From: Candidatus Heimdallarchaeota archaeon
GTDB lineage: Archaea > Asgardarchaeota > Heimdallarchaeia > Hodarchaeales > Hodarchaeaceae
NCBI GenBank assembly: GCA_011364965.1
Contig: RDOB01000006.1
Coordinates: 116,244 to 180,243 of the forward strand
Direction: 5' to 3'
DNA length: 64,000 nucleotides
Positions 8,264 through 18,859 of this stretch are shown here, in pieces. The position numbers and the translations under genes were made by a program. Positions within the stretch are counted from its first letter, which is position 1; every line of letters begins with the position of its first letter. The notes under the pieces are model-generated. The model made no database searches, had not been told where the DNA came from, and worked only from the letters and a program-made list of their open reading frames with translations.

Positions 8264-9808
8264 ATGAATCCCAAAATTAGTCAAAAGTCTAGTTTCGCTC
8301 CTACTATGTTTTATAAGGAAAGAATGGGTGGATTGCTTCTTCATATTACTAGTTTACCGGGAAAATACGGAATCGGTGATATTGGCTATGAATTTTACAA
8401 GATTATCAATTTTTTAAATAAATATGGCATGAAAATACTTCAAATACTACCCCTAGGTCCAACAGGTTACGGAAACTCCCCTTACTCAAGTATATCAGCA
8501 TTTGCTGGTAATTCTCTTCTTATTAGTCCTGATCTTCTTCGAGAAGAAAATTTATTATCTTCAAAAGAATGTGTACCTCCAAGATTTCCAGCAACTAGTG
8601 TTGACTTCGAAGCAGTGATTCCTTTCAAGAATGAGTTGTTAAAAACAGCAAATGAGAAATTTAAAGAGCAGTCAGGTACACTCTTGAAAAAGAGATATGT
8701 GAAATTTCTAACCGATGAATCTTTCTGGCTAGATGATTTTGCTTTATATATGTCCATTAAGGATGCATATAATCAGAAAGAGTGGAGTAAATGGGATATT
8801 GCATTAAAGAAACGAAACTCCAACGCTCTAAAGGACTGGGAAAGAACTCATAAGGGTGAAATTGACTTCTACAAATTCTCACAATTTATTTTTGTCGAAC
8901 AATGGGCTAAAGCAAAGAAATATGCCAATGAGAAAAATATTTGGATTATTGGTGACATTCCTCTTTATTGTGCATATGATTCTGTAGATGTTTGGGCAAA
9001 TTCTGAATTATTTCACTTAAATGAAGAAAAAGAGTTGAAATTTGTAGCTGGTGTTCCTCCAGATTATTTCTCTGCTACAGGCCAGCGCTGGGGAAATCCA
9101 ATTTACAATTGGGAAAAAATAAAAGAACAAAAGTTTGGTTGGTGGGTCAAACGAATCAAACATCTTTTCAGATTTATTGATGCTCTTCGTATTGACCATT
9201 TTCGAGGATTAGAATCTTATTGGCAGATTCCTGCAGCAGAACCAACAGCTATCGTTGGAACATGGAGATCTGGGCCAGGGAAAGAGTTCTTTAAAGCTTT
9301 GGAAAACGAATTAGGAACTTTAGCGATAATAGCAGAGGATTTGGGGATAGTAACACCAGAGGTTGATAATTTGAGAGAAATTACTGGTTTCCCTGGGATG
9401 AGGGTTTTACAGTTCGCATTTGCTGATCAAGGTGAAGGAGGATATTGTAAAAATCCATATCTTCCTCATAATTATGAAAAAAATACAGTTGTTTATACAG
9501 GAACCCATGATAATGCACCAACAAGAACTTGGTTCAAGAATGCATCAGATGATGTAAAAAACCACATATATGAATATATTAATCCTCGCATCGATGATAT
9601 ATGTGGAGAGATGATGAAACTTGCCTGGGCTTCAGTTGCTCATCATGCAATCGTTCCTCTCCAAGATTTACTAAGATTAGGTGTGGAATCACGAATGAAC
9701 TTACCAGGAACTGGTGAGAGAAATTGGGAATGGCGTTTTACTTGGGATCAATTAACTGATGCTCATGGAAAAGAGATTCAGAGATTAAATAGACTTTACT
9801 GTCGTTAA
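8264..9808 (+). CDS. malQ: 4-alpha-glucanotransferase (amylomaltase, GH77)
   Basis: GLLLHITSLPG, GVPPDYFSATGQRWGNP, LRIDHFRG, IIAEDLG, YTGTHDN, RMNLPG. Confidence 0.96.
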   Translation: MNPKISQKSSFAPTMFYKERMGGLLLHITSLPGKYGIGDIGYEFYKIINFLNKYGMKILQILPLGPTGYGNSPYSSISAFAGNSLLISPDLLREENLLSSKECVPPRFPATSVDFEAVIPFKNELLKTANEKFKEQSGTLLKKRYVKFLTDESFWLDDFALYMSIKDAYNQKEWSKWDIALKKRNSNALKDWERTHKGEIDFYKFSQFIFVEQWAKAKKYANEKNIWIIGDIPLYCAYDSVDVWANSELFHLNEEKELKFVAGVPPDYFSATGQRWGNPIYNWEKIKEQKFGWWVKRIKHLFRFIDALRIDHFRGLESYWQIPAAEPTAIVGTWRSGPGKEFFKALENELGTLAIIAEDLGIVTPEVDNLREITGFPGMRVLQFAFADQGEGGYCKNPYLPHNYEKNTVVYTGTHDNAPTRTWFKNASDDVKNHIYEYINPRIDDICGEMMKLAWASVAHHAIVPLQDLLRLGVESRMNLPGTGERNWEWRFTWDQLTDAHGKEIQRLNRLYCR

Positions 9809-9810
9809 GA

Positions 9811-10400
9811 TTATTTTATTTCTATATTAAATTTAGAAATCACTTGAAATAGGGAATCACTCAGATTATTCAATTCTTCCGCTGTTGCTGATAATTGACT
9901 CATGGAGGCTGTCTGTTCCTCTATTCCTGCAGCAACTTCCTCTGAAGATGCACTGAATTCCTCTGATTGCGCAGCGAAATTTTGGAATGCTTCCTGTAAT
10001 TCATTGACGTTTTTCATAAAATTATCAATCATAAACTGGTTTATGACGCGATATCCTCCACGCTTATCTTTGTACCCTCTGCTAAACGTCGAGTACTGCT
10101 CGTGACGACTGCAAAACCTCGCTCAGAGTCACCAGCTCTTACTGCTTCAATAGCTATGTTGAGGACAAGAATGTTAGTCTGACTTGATATGTCACCAATC
10201 ATTCAGAGGTGGCTCCGATATCCTGTAACGATTTTTTGAGTAATTCCAATGTAAGACTTACATCTTTGAACCTTTTTTCTGCGAGCTCTGTTTAAGATGA
10301 AGCTCCCCTGCTGATTTGCAAAATTGTAACAGAACTTTCTTCAGAGAGCGCATTGACTTCTTTTATTGTCTCTACTAATCATTTGACTGATGTTATAATA
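9811..10400 (-). pseudogene. Degraded methyl-accepting chemotaxis protein signalling domain
   Basis: [41 protein letters not shown] (about 10202-10075) followed by TAA and a frameshift into SEEFSASSEEVAAGIEEQTASMSQL; upstream QISRGASS* also interrupted. 5' limit approximate. Confidence 0.85.
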
Positions 10401-10585
10401 TTTATTGCCACAAAAACATCAAGTCCTTTCACAGCAAATTTTTTCATTTGATCATAGAATGACACTTCTGTTGAGTAGTTCATGTTCTCGTACCTTCTTC
10501 CATCCTCTTTATTCAATCAAACACTCAAGGATATTCTCACTTAAATATTTAGTCTTAAAAATGAACATAAAGGAATTATTTCCAA

Positions 10586-11005
10586 ATGAAAAATATGTAC
10601 TTTGCATTTATGCAAAGGAGTATTAATGTCGAATCTAGAACAAGTGGTGAGATAGAGTTGAGTGATGATAACCTAGAAGAGATTAAAACAGATCCAATTC
10701 AAAAGGAAATAATCGGAGAGCTCGCTAAGCTAATCTCTCAAAAATTAAATCTTAGAGAAATGGTTGTGAAAGGATTTTTATGGCGCGGGCTTAGAGAATG
10801 GCAAATTTCTCATGGCATAACTCACCAGCAGACCGAGGATGGGCTTCGTAGTTCGCCACGAAAGCGGATGGAACAAATGACGGAAATATTGGAGCTGTTT
10901 GAAAAACAAGTAGTTAAAATTTTGAGTTCTGAAAAATCCAATGAATTGGATCATACATTAAAGAGTGCCCTTCAAATGTATGAAGAGAAATATGCAAATC
11001 GATGA
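10586..11005 (+). CDS. Hypothetical helical protein
   Basis: 139-aa ORF with protein-like composition; start uncertain. Confidence 0.6.
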   Translation: MKNMYFAFMQRSINVESRTSGEIELSDDNLEEIKTDPIQKEIIGELAKLISQKLNLREMVVKGFLWRGLREWQISHGITHQQTEDGLRSSPRKRMEQMTEILELFEKQVVKILSSEKSNELDHTLKSALQMYEEKYANR

Positions 11006-11166
11006 AGACACCTTTATTTGATGTCTTTTTTAACTATTGATTTTGCTTTTTGCCGATACTTATCAATCTACTGATATCGCTCTTAATTTTGCCAAGAATA
11101 CAAGTTATAAAAACTTGTATGCTGATGAGTAACCAGAAGTGACATAGGTTAAGTGTGGTAAAATAT

Positions 11167-11427
11167 ATGAGCGATAAGAAGGAAATTCATGGGGGATATG
11201 GATTCGGGCTGGGAAAAATAAGTCAAAAAAAGCTCAAAGGGGTTTCCTCCTCCAAAGAAGCTTTTGATGAACATTTACTTCATAAAGATTTAGAACGAAT
11301 TAAGAATAATGGTAAATCATCTCGTGTTTTGGAATTAGAGCGTGTTTATACTGGACCCAACATGCGTAAGGAACGAGATCAATTTCGCTCAAAAGCTTGT
11401 TCCTATATATTATTCAAATATTTTTAA
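11167..11427 (+). CDS. Small hypothetical basic protein
   Basis: ORF 11155-11427, ATG at 11167; no recognisable motif. Confidence 0.4.
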   Translation: MSDKKEIHGGYGFGLGKISQKKLKGVSSSKEAFDEHLLHKDLERIKNNGKSSRVLELERVYTGPNMRKERDQFRSKACSYILFKYF

Positions 11428-11557
11428 TGAATCAGAATATAACGGTTAAGAGGACGAAGAGGGGAGAGAGGTATATTTTTTTAAAATCTGATAAAGCTAC
11501 TGTTTTTTAATTGCACTTATCTTAGTATTTATTTATTTTAACCACATTTCGGGATTT

Positions 11558-12736
11558 ATGCGAAAAACCGTAATTATCATTAGATTAACCATACTCTTCC
11601 TATTTCTCTCTTATTCGGTTGAAAATTTTAAAATTAAATCAATAACAGAAAATAATGGCTCGATTAATCAGTTGAGGATCTCTTCTCCTAGAAATCAAGG
11701 ATTAAGTGAAGATATCATCACCAATATGCTTGAGGGTATAAATCAAAGCTTAATAAAGATGGATAGCTTATTAATAGTAAAAAATGGATATCTTGTTGTT
11801 GAAGAATATTATAATGGGTATTCAGAGGGATTGGCGCATCAATTATATTCTGTTACGAAAAGTGTCATATCCGCTTTGACGGGGATTGCGATTGATCACG
11901 GATATTTCAATTTAAATGATACTGTGATGAGTTTTTTTCCAAATTATACCTTTAATTATGAAAGTAAATGGAAGGAGGAAATAACAGTGCAACACTTGCT
12001 TTCGATGAGAGTAGGTATAGAATGGGATGAATGGAGTTTAGATTACACAGACCAAGATAATCCATTTACTCAAATGAGAAACAGTGAGGATTGGGTCCAG
12101 TACATACTGGATAAACCTATGGCTTGTGAACCAGGTAGTCATTTTGTTTATAATACTGGTGCGAGTCACTTACTATCCGCCATTATTCAGCAAACGGTGA
12201 ACATAACAACATTAGATTTTGCAAATAAATACCTATTTGACCCTTTGGATATCGAGCCGAGTGTGTGGGTAGCTAGCCCAAATGACATTGTCTGTGGAGG
12301 ATATGGTTTATGTATTACACCACGAGAAATGGCTAAGTTTGGCTTACTTTTTTTAAATAACGGAAGTTGGAACAACCAAGTAATTATCCCCAAAGAATGG
12401 GTAATACGATCAACTAGAGAGGGGTTTAAAATGAGTGATGAATCCAAAGAGGAATACGGATTTCAATGGTGGATTTCACCCGAAAGGTTCAATTACTTTA
12501 TGTATTCGGCTCGTGGGTATGCAGGTCAATATATAATTACTTTACCTGAACTGGAGTTAATTCTTATTCTAACATCAAGTGGGGGGTCTGCTGAATATAG
12601 TGAGCTGCTTCAAAAGTACATCATCCCCGCAGCTGAAAATAATTCTCGGCAAATTTCTGGTTTAGAATTAGATATGATATTAATCCTTGGAATATTTCTA
12701 TTAGTGTTTGTGAGGTTAAGAAAAAAGATAGGTTAA
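11558..12736 (+). CDS. Secreted, C-terminally anchored serine hydrolase (beta-lactamase/AmpC-like family)
   Basis: SxxK (YSVTKS), FVYNTG, YGFQWW, ARGYAGQ; signal peptide; C-terminal TM plus RLRKK. Confidence 0.9.
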   Translation: MRKTVIIIRLTILFLFLSYSVENFKIKSITENNGSINQLRISSPRNQGLSEDIITNMLEGINQSLIKMDSLLIVKNGYLVVEEYYNGYSEGLAHQLYSVTKSVISALTGIAIDHGYFNLNDTVMSFFPNYTFNYESKWKEEITVQHLLSMRVGIEWDEWSLDYTDQDNPFTQMRNSEDWVQYILDKPMACEPGSHFVYNTGASHLLSAIIQQTVNITTLDFANKYLFDPLDIEPSVWVASPNDIVCGGYGLCITPREMAKFGLLFLNNGSWNNQVIIPKEWVIRSTREGFKMSDESKEEYGFQWWISPERFNYFMYSARGYAGQYIITLPELELILILTSSGGSAEYSELLQKYIIPAAENNSRQISGLELDMILILGIFLLVFVRLRKKIG

Positions 12737-12805
12737 AAGTTTTTATTAAACCCTCCATAATTATTTAACTACACATGATGTATTTCATCAGGGAGAATTA
12801 CCCCA

Positions 12806-13282
12806 ATGGATGAAGAACAACGTACTAAAGTCTGGACAAAAATAAAAGCTATTCGTGCGAGCTGGCAAGATACTTCAAAGCTTGAAAAGGAATTGATAGA
12901 TTGGGAGAATTTTTTTGGATCTAAATACCTTAAGGTTGCTGAAGAAATTCTCGCAGAGAAAATATATAAACAGTTTGAGAACATAGGAAGAGAAAATCAA
13001 CCCAATACTCCAGAAACCCTGGTAAAAATTATGTGGAAAGGATGGACCGAAGGAAAATTTACGATTGAAAAAACTGGGGAAAAAATCCAAATTCTCTGTA
13101 CAAAATGTCCAATTGCTGATGCTTATATTACTGTTGGAAGGCCAGATCTTGGATTAGTTTTTCAATGTAGTGAAGATTTTCATATCGTAAAAGGATTTAA
13201 TCCAGAAATAAGATTTAGTCGAACCAAGACTTTGATGAGCGGAGATGAATGCTGTAATCATTGCTATTCAACAGATTTCTAG
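12806..13282 (+). CDS. ATC-hydrolase-like (V4R-related) protein
   Basis: CTKCPIA..FQCSEDF..GFNPEIRFSRTKTLMSGDECCNHCY. Confidence 0.8.
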   Translation: MDEEQRTKVWTKIKAIRASWQDTSKLEKELIDWENFFGSKYLKVAEEILAEKIYKQFENIGRENQPNTPETLVKIMWKGWTEGKFTIEKTGEKIQILCTKCPIADAYITVGRPDLGLVFQCSEDFHIVKGFNPEIRFSRTKTLMSGDECCNHCYSTDF

Positions 13283-13395
13283 GATTTAAACTTGTAAATA
13301 AGAGTAGTTGTTAAAAATAAGGGATTTGATGACCAAAACCAAGATATCTTATTTTCAGGAAAAATGAGAATACAATAAAAGAAGGAGAATTTCGA

Positions 13396-14319
13396 TTGAC
13401 TGAATATATATATAAGAATTGGGAACCTAATAAAGGATTTGAAAACCTTCAAGCTGATGTTTTTAATGAGGCTAATCAATTTAAATTTGCACCTGCCAAT
13501 GGAGATCAAATAAAACAGGAGTATGAACAAGAGAAAGTTGATCCCCAGACTATTCAGTATGCATTTCATGGGGATAAAATGATCGCCTATGTAAAGGGAC
13601 GGATGCGAAAGAAGTCCAAAGAAGTCCATATAAGTTTTCCCTGGGCAGTTCAGGGAACTCCAGTTGAAGTTCAAGATAAATTATTTGCTGATATGATCTT
13701 GTATCTACAAAGGCAGTATCCATCTTATCAGCTGCGAGTGAATGCAATGGCAAAACCTGAGGAAAATTTAGATTTTTTGAAGAAAAGAGGATTTGTTGAG
13801 AGAAATCTTTGGAAAGCTGTTTATTTATCAGTCCAATCGCTCGTGGAAGCCTCTTATAAAATTCCTTATACTTCTCGATTAGGATCTGAGTATGATATAG
13901 ATGCATTAATTAAACTATTCAAGGCAGATGGTCGATATTCGGCCCAATTTCCCACTGATGAAGACATAGTTAAATATTTTAGGGATAATGTATTTACTAC
14001 TGGACATCTTATATTGCTTTATGAAAATGACAAATTGATAGCGGCTTCTGCCCCACTGGTTACATCCTCCTCCCCTGAGGAAGAAGAAAGTATCATTCAG
14101 CGATTTACAGCTTATAAATTTCTAAAAGAACAGAAAGGTTCAATACCATTGCTCATAGAACTGGCTAAAGAGTGTTTAGTAACGGGTTATGGAGCAAATA
14201 AACCATTTTTAACCTATATAGATGATATGGATTCACCTCGCGATCTGAGGGAATTCATAGGAAAAATTACGCCGCTGAAAAGTAAAGTTTTGATGTATTA
14301 CTATTATTTAAAGAATTAA
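13396..14319 (+). CDS. Hypothetical tandem-GNAT-like protein, paralogue of 47128-48039
   Basis: Shared blocks WEPNKGFENLQADVFNEA / YEPEKGYEEIQASIYNEA, ISFPW / IGYPW, FLKKRGF / FAKKKGF, QRFTA / LRFSA. Confidence 0.65.
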   Translation: MTEYIYKNWEPNKGFENLQADVFNEANQFKFAPANGDQIKQEYEQEKVDPQTIQYAFHGDKMIAYVKGRMRKKSKEVHISFPWAVQGTPVEVQDKLFADMILYLQRQYPSYQLRVNAMAKPEENLDFLKKRGFVERNLWKAVYLSVQSLVEASYKIPYTSRLGSEYDIDALIKLFKADGRYSAQFPTDEDIVKYFRDNVFTTGHLILLYENDKLIAASAPLVTSSSPEEEESIIQRFTAYKFLKEQKGSIPLLIELAKECLVTGYGANKPFLTYIDDMDSPRDLREFIGKITPLKSKVLMYYYYLKN

Positions 14320-14342
14320 GCTATCTTCTTACTTTTACTAAT

Positions 14343-14528
14343 TTAGAACTCGTCCCAAATCTTCTTCAAAGCCTGTTCGCTATATTGTTTAACCCAAAAT
14401 TCCAAACAATCCTCCAGAACTAAGGCTGCAATAGCTGATGGTCTAATTCGGAGGATCTCAGCAAAATTATCAAGCTTCTCGCGTACCTCACTCGGTATTC
14501 TCACTGAAATAACAGCGGTTTTGGTCAT
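14343..14528 (-). CDS. Ribbon-helix-helix (CopG-like) DNA-binding protein
   Basis: MTKTAVISVRIPSEVREKLDNFAEILRIRPSAIAALVLEDCL: beta-strand followed by two helices. Confidence 0.7.
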   Translation of the reverse strand: MTKTAVISVRIPSEVREKLDNFAEILRIRPSAIAALVLEDCLEFWVKQYSEQALKKIWDEF

Positions 14529-14581
14529 AATAAGCACCTTGATACCAATTAAGAATATGAACCTATAGATTAAAATTTCAG

Positions 14582-15352
14582 CTAATTAAGTTCATTGAAG
14601 AGAAGAGGATAATTGATTTTATCAACAATTTTCAATATGGAATGGCTTTGTCTTACTAATAAAATGCCAAAAAAGGGCAAGATGAACACTTGGAGAGCAA
14701 TGCTAAATAGAATTATATCCAATCCTAATACAATACCAATAAATCCAACTAAATCGCCAAATTGGTAAATTAAATATCCTAAAAGCATAGTTATAAGGTG
14801 TGTTAGTAACTGACTGGTATATTTTTGCTCTGCAAATTTTAATTTAACATGTCTTAATCTAATCAACATAATTATGACTAAAATATCAACTAGGAAGGCA
14901 ATCCCATACAAACCAAAAAAGAGAAAGGTCTCTAATATCTCATTAGAGATAATTAGTGATGTGATTAACATTCCCAGAACTAGTGTTGGAATCAAGGGGA
15001 TATAGTGTTCAAAAAATACATTTCTATTTGAGGAGAGATGTAAATAGAGAAACGTAAATTCGGTCATTGTTATCAGCATAAATACAGAGATAATTTTACC
15101 CATTTCAGAGAGTTTCATTACTTCAAGTGTTTCAAACATCTCCGAAGCGGCAGTAGGTGTAAATATAGACAGCAAGCTTAGCAATAAAATAGTAGTACCA
15201 AATAAAAGCAAAACCATAATCATATGAAGGAAAGTTTCTTCACGAATTGTTTTATAGAGAGGAATGGAAAAAGCACTGGCAAAAAAAATTGAAATAGCGC
15301 CAAAAAAGAGGAATCCACCAATAATTTGCACGAAAAGAGACATAGTTCTCAA
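14582..15352 (-). CDS. Uncharacterised membrane protein with about 7 TM helices
   Basis: Seven hydrophobic segments by eye in 256 aa. Confidence 0.7.
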   Translation of the reverse strand: MRTMSLFVQIIGGFLFFGAISIFFASAFSIPLYKTIREETFLHMIMVLLLFGTTILLLSLLSIFTPTAASEMFETLEVMKLSEMGKIISVFMLITMTEFTFLYLHLSSNRNVFFEHYIPLIPTLVLGMLITSLIISNEILETFLFFGLYGIAFLVDILVIIMLIRLRHVKLKFAEQKYTSQLLTHLITMLLGYLIYQFGDLVGFIGIVLGLDIILFSIALQVFILPFFGILLVRQSHSILKIVDKINYPLLFNELN

Positions 15353-15534
15353 ATTAAAACAAACAAATTACGTTTTTAAATTTCTGTACGTATTGTAAGC
15401 GTTTATTACAATCCTTTTTTTGTAGTTTAACAATACATGTAAATATAAAGCTCAAAAAGAAGGAATTTAAACGGCTAATATCTCCGCTTAAATGTACAAT
15501 TATAAAATACTACTGCGATAAGGTAGGGTATGAT

Positions 15535-16239
15535 ATGATAGAATTAAAAGCGATTGGAAAACACTATCAAATGGGGGAAATTAAAGTAAAAGCTTTGGAT
15601 GACATAAATTTAGAAATAACAAAGGGTGAAATCGTAGTATTACTCGGACCTTCGGGTTCTGGGAAAACTACTTTATTAAATCTGATTGGGGCTCTAGATT
15701 CTCCAACTGCTGGTGAAATAGATATTAATGGAACCCGCATCTCAAAATATAAGCGAAGTCAACAATTTAAATTCCGTCGTAATACTATTGCATTCATATT
15801 CCAGACCTTTAATCTATTTCCAACTTTATCTGCATTCGAAAATGTCCAATATGTTGCTGAACTTTCCAAAATAAAAGAAAGTAAGAAAAAGTCCAAGGAT
15901 GCTTTAGAAGCTGTAGGTCTTGGGGGTCGAATTCGACATTTTCCGCATCAACTATCTGGAGGAGAACAGCAGCGAGTAGCAATTGCAAGAGCTTTAGTCA
16001 AAGAATCACCAATCATATTAGCAGATGAACCAACAGGAGAATTAGATTTCAAAACAGGAAAACAAATCCTCGAATTACTTGTTCAACAGCATGGGAATGG
16101 AACCACTGTTTTAATAGTTACTCATAATCGTGAAATAGCTCGAGTATCAAATCGTGTGGTTGAATTACACTCAGGAAAAGTTACGAGTGATGGGCCTCCT
16201 CAAAATGGCAAAGTTCCTATCGATAAGCTCCATTGGTGA
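15535..16239 (+). CDS. ABC ATPase (MacB/LolD family)
   Basis: [39 protein letters not shown]. Confidence 0.95.
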   Translation: MIELKAIGKHYQMGEIKVKALDDINLEITKGEIVVLLGPSGSGKTTLLNLIGALDSPTAGEIDINGTRISKYKRSQQFKFRRNTIAFIFQTFNLFPTLSAFENVQYVAELSKIKESKKKSKDALEAVGLGGRIRHFPHQLSGGEQQRVAIARALVKESPIILADEPTGELDFKTGKQILELLVQQHGNGTTVLIVTHNREIARVSNRVVELHSGKVTSDGPPQNGKVPIDKLHW

Positions 16240-18719
16240 TAGAAATGGGTAATTTAAAACTATTACTACGCTGGTCAATTCGAGATTTACAACAGCGCTG
16301 GATCCAAGTCATTACGATATCAATTATTATTGCTTTAGGGATTGGGGTATACACGGGATTAAGTAGCACAACACCATGGCGTCAAACATCCTTTGAAGAG
16401 AGTAATGAAGCATTGAACATGTTTGACTTAAAAATGAGTCTTTTGACGGGAGGTTGGATCAATCAAACAGATCTAGATGCATTAATTATGAATTTAACAT
16501 ATTCAGAGAGCTTAAAGGGTATCGAATATCGAATCAGTATACCTACAACAGTAAATGCTTCCACAGTAAATAAATCAATTCTTGTTAATGGAAAAATAAT
16601 TGGAGTTGACATGGTAGAGGGATCAGAGGCAGTAGAGGTGAATGGATTTGCTATAACTGAAGGACGTCATATTCAATCAAATGAACGATCTGAAAACGTT
16701 TGCCTAGTAGAATACAATTTTGCCCAGTATTATGAACTTACAGCAAATAATCAGACACTTCAGATCTCAGGAGGATATGAACTCTCATATATAGGGACAG
16801 TATTGACCCCAGAATATTTTATGGTGGTCGAGGGAAATTTAATATTTGCAGAATCCGCATTCTGTGCATTGTTTGTACCCCTAGAAACCGCGCAATTTAT
16901 TTTAGAACACTCTATTGGAATCCCTAAAGGATACATAAATGAAGTACTTTTTTTATTTGATGAAGGTGGAGACATCACTTCATTTGCACAAGAGCTTGAA
17001 GATGAAATTGAAACGCAATATCCTCAATTGAGTATTGATTTAATGGAGAAAGATGAACATCCTTCTTATAAATTACAGCTAGAAGATATTCCAGGGGATC
17101 AGGAGATGTATTACATATTTTCTTTCTTGGTTTTGCTCATCGCAATTTTTGGTGCATATAATCTTATCTCACGGGTAGTAAATTCTCAACGTAGGCAAAT
17201 TGGAATCAATATGGCATTAGGTGTACCTCCAAGGTTCATAGCCATCCGATATTTTCTATTTAGTCTGGAAATTTCACTGGGGGGTATTTTTTTTGGATAT
17301 ATTTTTGCATTATTCTTTGGCCACGCCTTAGGAGGAGTGATAAAGGAATTAATCCCTTATGTGGTCTGGCGAGAGTGGTTGGTAACTGAATTATTTATAC
17401 AAGGAACACTCATTGGGATAATCATTCCTATTTTTGCTTCCTTCATTCCCATATGGCGCGCTATTCGAATGCAGCCTATAGATGCAATTCAAACAGGAGC
17501 AAGAATTGGAACAGGAAAGAAATTTTCCCCTTTTTTGACCTACCTTCGGTTGCCTGGATCAATTTTCCTTCAAATTCCAATTCGGAATCTAACCCGAAAT
17601 CTCAGAAGAACTCTCTCGACATTTGGGGGAATAGCTCTAGCAATCTGTGTCTTGGTTGGAGTAATAGGATTTATGGATGGTGCAGATAAATTACTTGCTG
17701 ATGAGGAGGCTCTCATTATAGGCGATTCAGAGAACCGAATTGATGTGACTCTAAATAATTTATATAATGCCACCTTATACCCCGTGACAAATATGACTAA
17801 TCATGAAGATGTAAGGTCTGCAGTAACAATGCTTCAGTTTCCTGTTTCCATTTATTCAACAGGCAAGTCTATCGATATAATTATGCGAAGCTTTAATATT
17901 ACGAACGAGATATGGGTTCCTCTTTCAGCAAGTGAATTAGAAGGGAAAAATTTGTACAAAGGAGCTATTATTTCACAAGAAGCAGCCCAAGACTTGAATG
18001 TTAAGGTGGGGGATGAAATCACGCTTGAACACCCCTATCGAGAATCAGCATTTCGTTATACCAAGCAAAATACCACATTCCACCTCCTAGCGATTCAAAA
18101 AAGTAATATCCGATTTTGGATGTACTGCGATCTCACTGCTAATAGCCCCATATTCAATATGACAGGATTAACCAATTCACTCATGGTACTCCCAAAAGCT
18201 GGAGTAACAGAATTAAACCTTAAAGAAAGCTTTTTTACCCTTCCGGGATATAGTAGTGTTCAATCGGTCACTCAGATTGTGAAAGTTTATGAAGAGCTGA
18301 TAGAAGTATTTAGGTCAATTTTTGAAGTTTTACAGTATGTAGTAATCGTATTGGCCGTACTGCTGGTATATAACACCACATCGGTCAATATGGAAGAACG
18401 TACTCGAGAACTGGCTACCATGGGTGCATTTGGTACCCCAATTCGGATCACTTCCCGAATCTTGATGTTGGAGGCATTTATGGCCGGGGTACTGGGATCT
18501 GTCACTGGGTATTTCTTGTTATCCCCTTTTATAGTAACTGTGTTAGAAAATAAGGTCACGGAAGCTATGGATGAGATTGGATTGACCGCAACGCTGACCC
18601 TCACCAGTTTAGGTGTACTTATCGTGATTGGAGTGATCTTAGTGACAATAATTCCCTTGCTTTCAGTACGAAAGTTAATGCGAATGGATCTGCCTTCAGC
18701 TCTACGTGTGAGTGAATAA
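16233..18719 (+). CDS. ABC permease, duplicated FtsX/MacB type
   Basis: Two repeats of TM-ectodomain-3TM; QRRQIGINMALG and ERTRELATMGAFG; overlaps the ATPase stop. Confidence 0.9.
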   Translation: MVIEMGNLKLLLRWSIRDLQQRWIQVITISIIIALGIGVYTGLSSTTPWRQTSFEESNEALNMFDLKMSLLTGGWINQTDLDALIMNLTYSESLKGIEYRISIPTTVNASTVNKSILVNGKIIGVDMVEGSEAVEVNGFAITEGRHIQSNERSENVCLVEYNFAQYYELTANNQTLQISGGYELSYIGTVLTPEYFMVVEGNLIFAESAFCALFVPLETAQFILEHSIGIPKGYINEVLFLFDEGGDITSFAQELEDEIETQYPQLSIDLMEKDEHPSYKLQLEDIPGDQEMYYIFSFLVLLIAIFGAYNLISRVVNSQRRQIGINMALGVPPRFIAIRYFLFSLEISLGGIFFGYIFALFFGHALGGVIKELIPYVVWREWLVTELFIQGTLIGIIIPIFASFIPIWRAIRMQPIDAIQTGARIGTGKKFSPFLTYLRLPGSIFLQIPIRNLTRNLRRTLSTFGGIALAICVLVGVIGFMDGADKLLADEEALIIGDSENRIDVTLNNLYNATLYPVTNMTNHEDVRSAVTMLQFPVSIYSTGKSIDIIMRSFNITNEIWVPLSASELEGKNLYKGAIISQEAAQDLNVKVGDEITLEHPYRESAFRYTKQNTTFHLLAIQKSNIRFWMYCDLTANSPIFNMTGLTNSLMVLPKAGVTELNLKESFFTLPGYSSVQSVTQIVKVYEELIEVFRSIFEVLQYVVIVLAVLLVYNTTSVNMEERTRELATMGAFGTPIRITSRILMLEAFMAGVLGSVTGYFLLSPFIVTVLENKVTEAMDEIGLTATLTLTSLGVLIVIGVILVTIIPLLSVRKLMRMDLPSALRVSE

Positions 18720-18859
18720 ACAGGAAATCTCACTCACAATCCTTAACTTTTTTCCTTTTCCGAGGCATATGGCGATACTCGATATGAAACGCGAGATATC
18801 TAGATTATTAAACCAAATGATATACATTTAAATAATGCAAAACTGGTTTGTGATGGGAA

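Noticed and set aside
11558-12736. True beta-lactamase / resistance gene
   Set aside because: Motifs fit the broad serine hydrolase (esterase/amidase) family; nothing supports beta-lactam specificity.
14582-15352. 7-TM protein as a rhodopsin using retinal from the crt cluster
   Set aside because: No retinal-binding Lys (DxxxK or SxxxK) in the last helix and no helix-C RYxxW-type motif.
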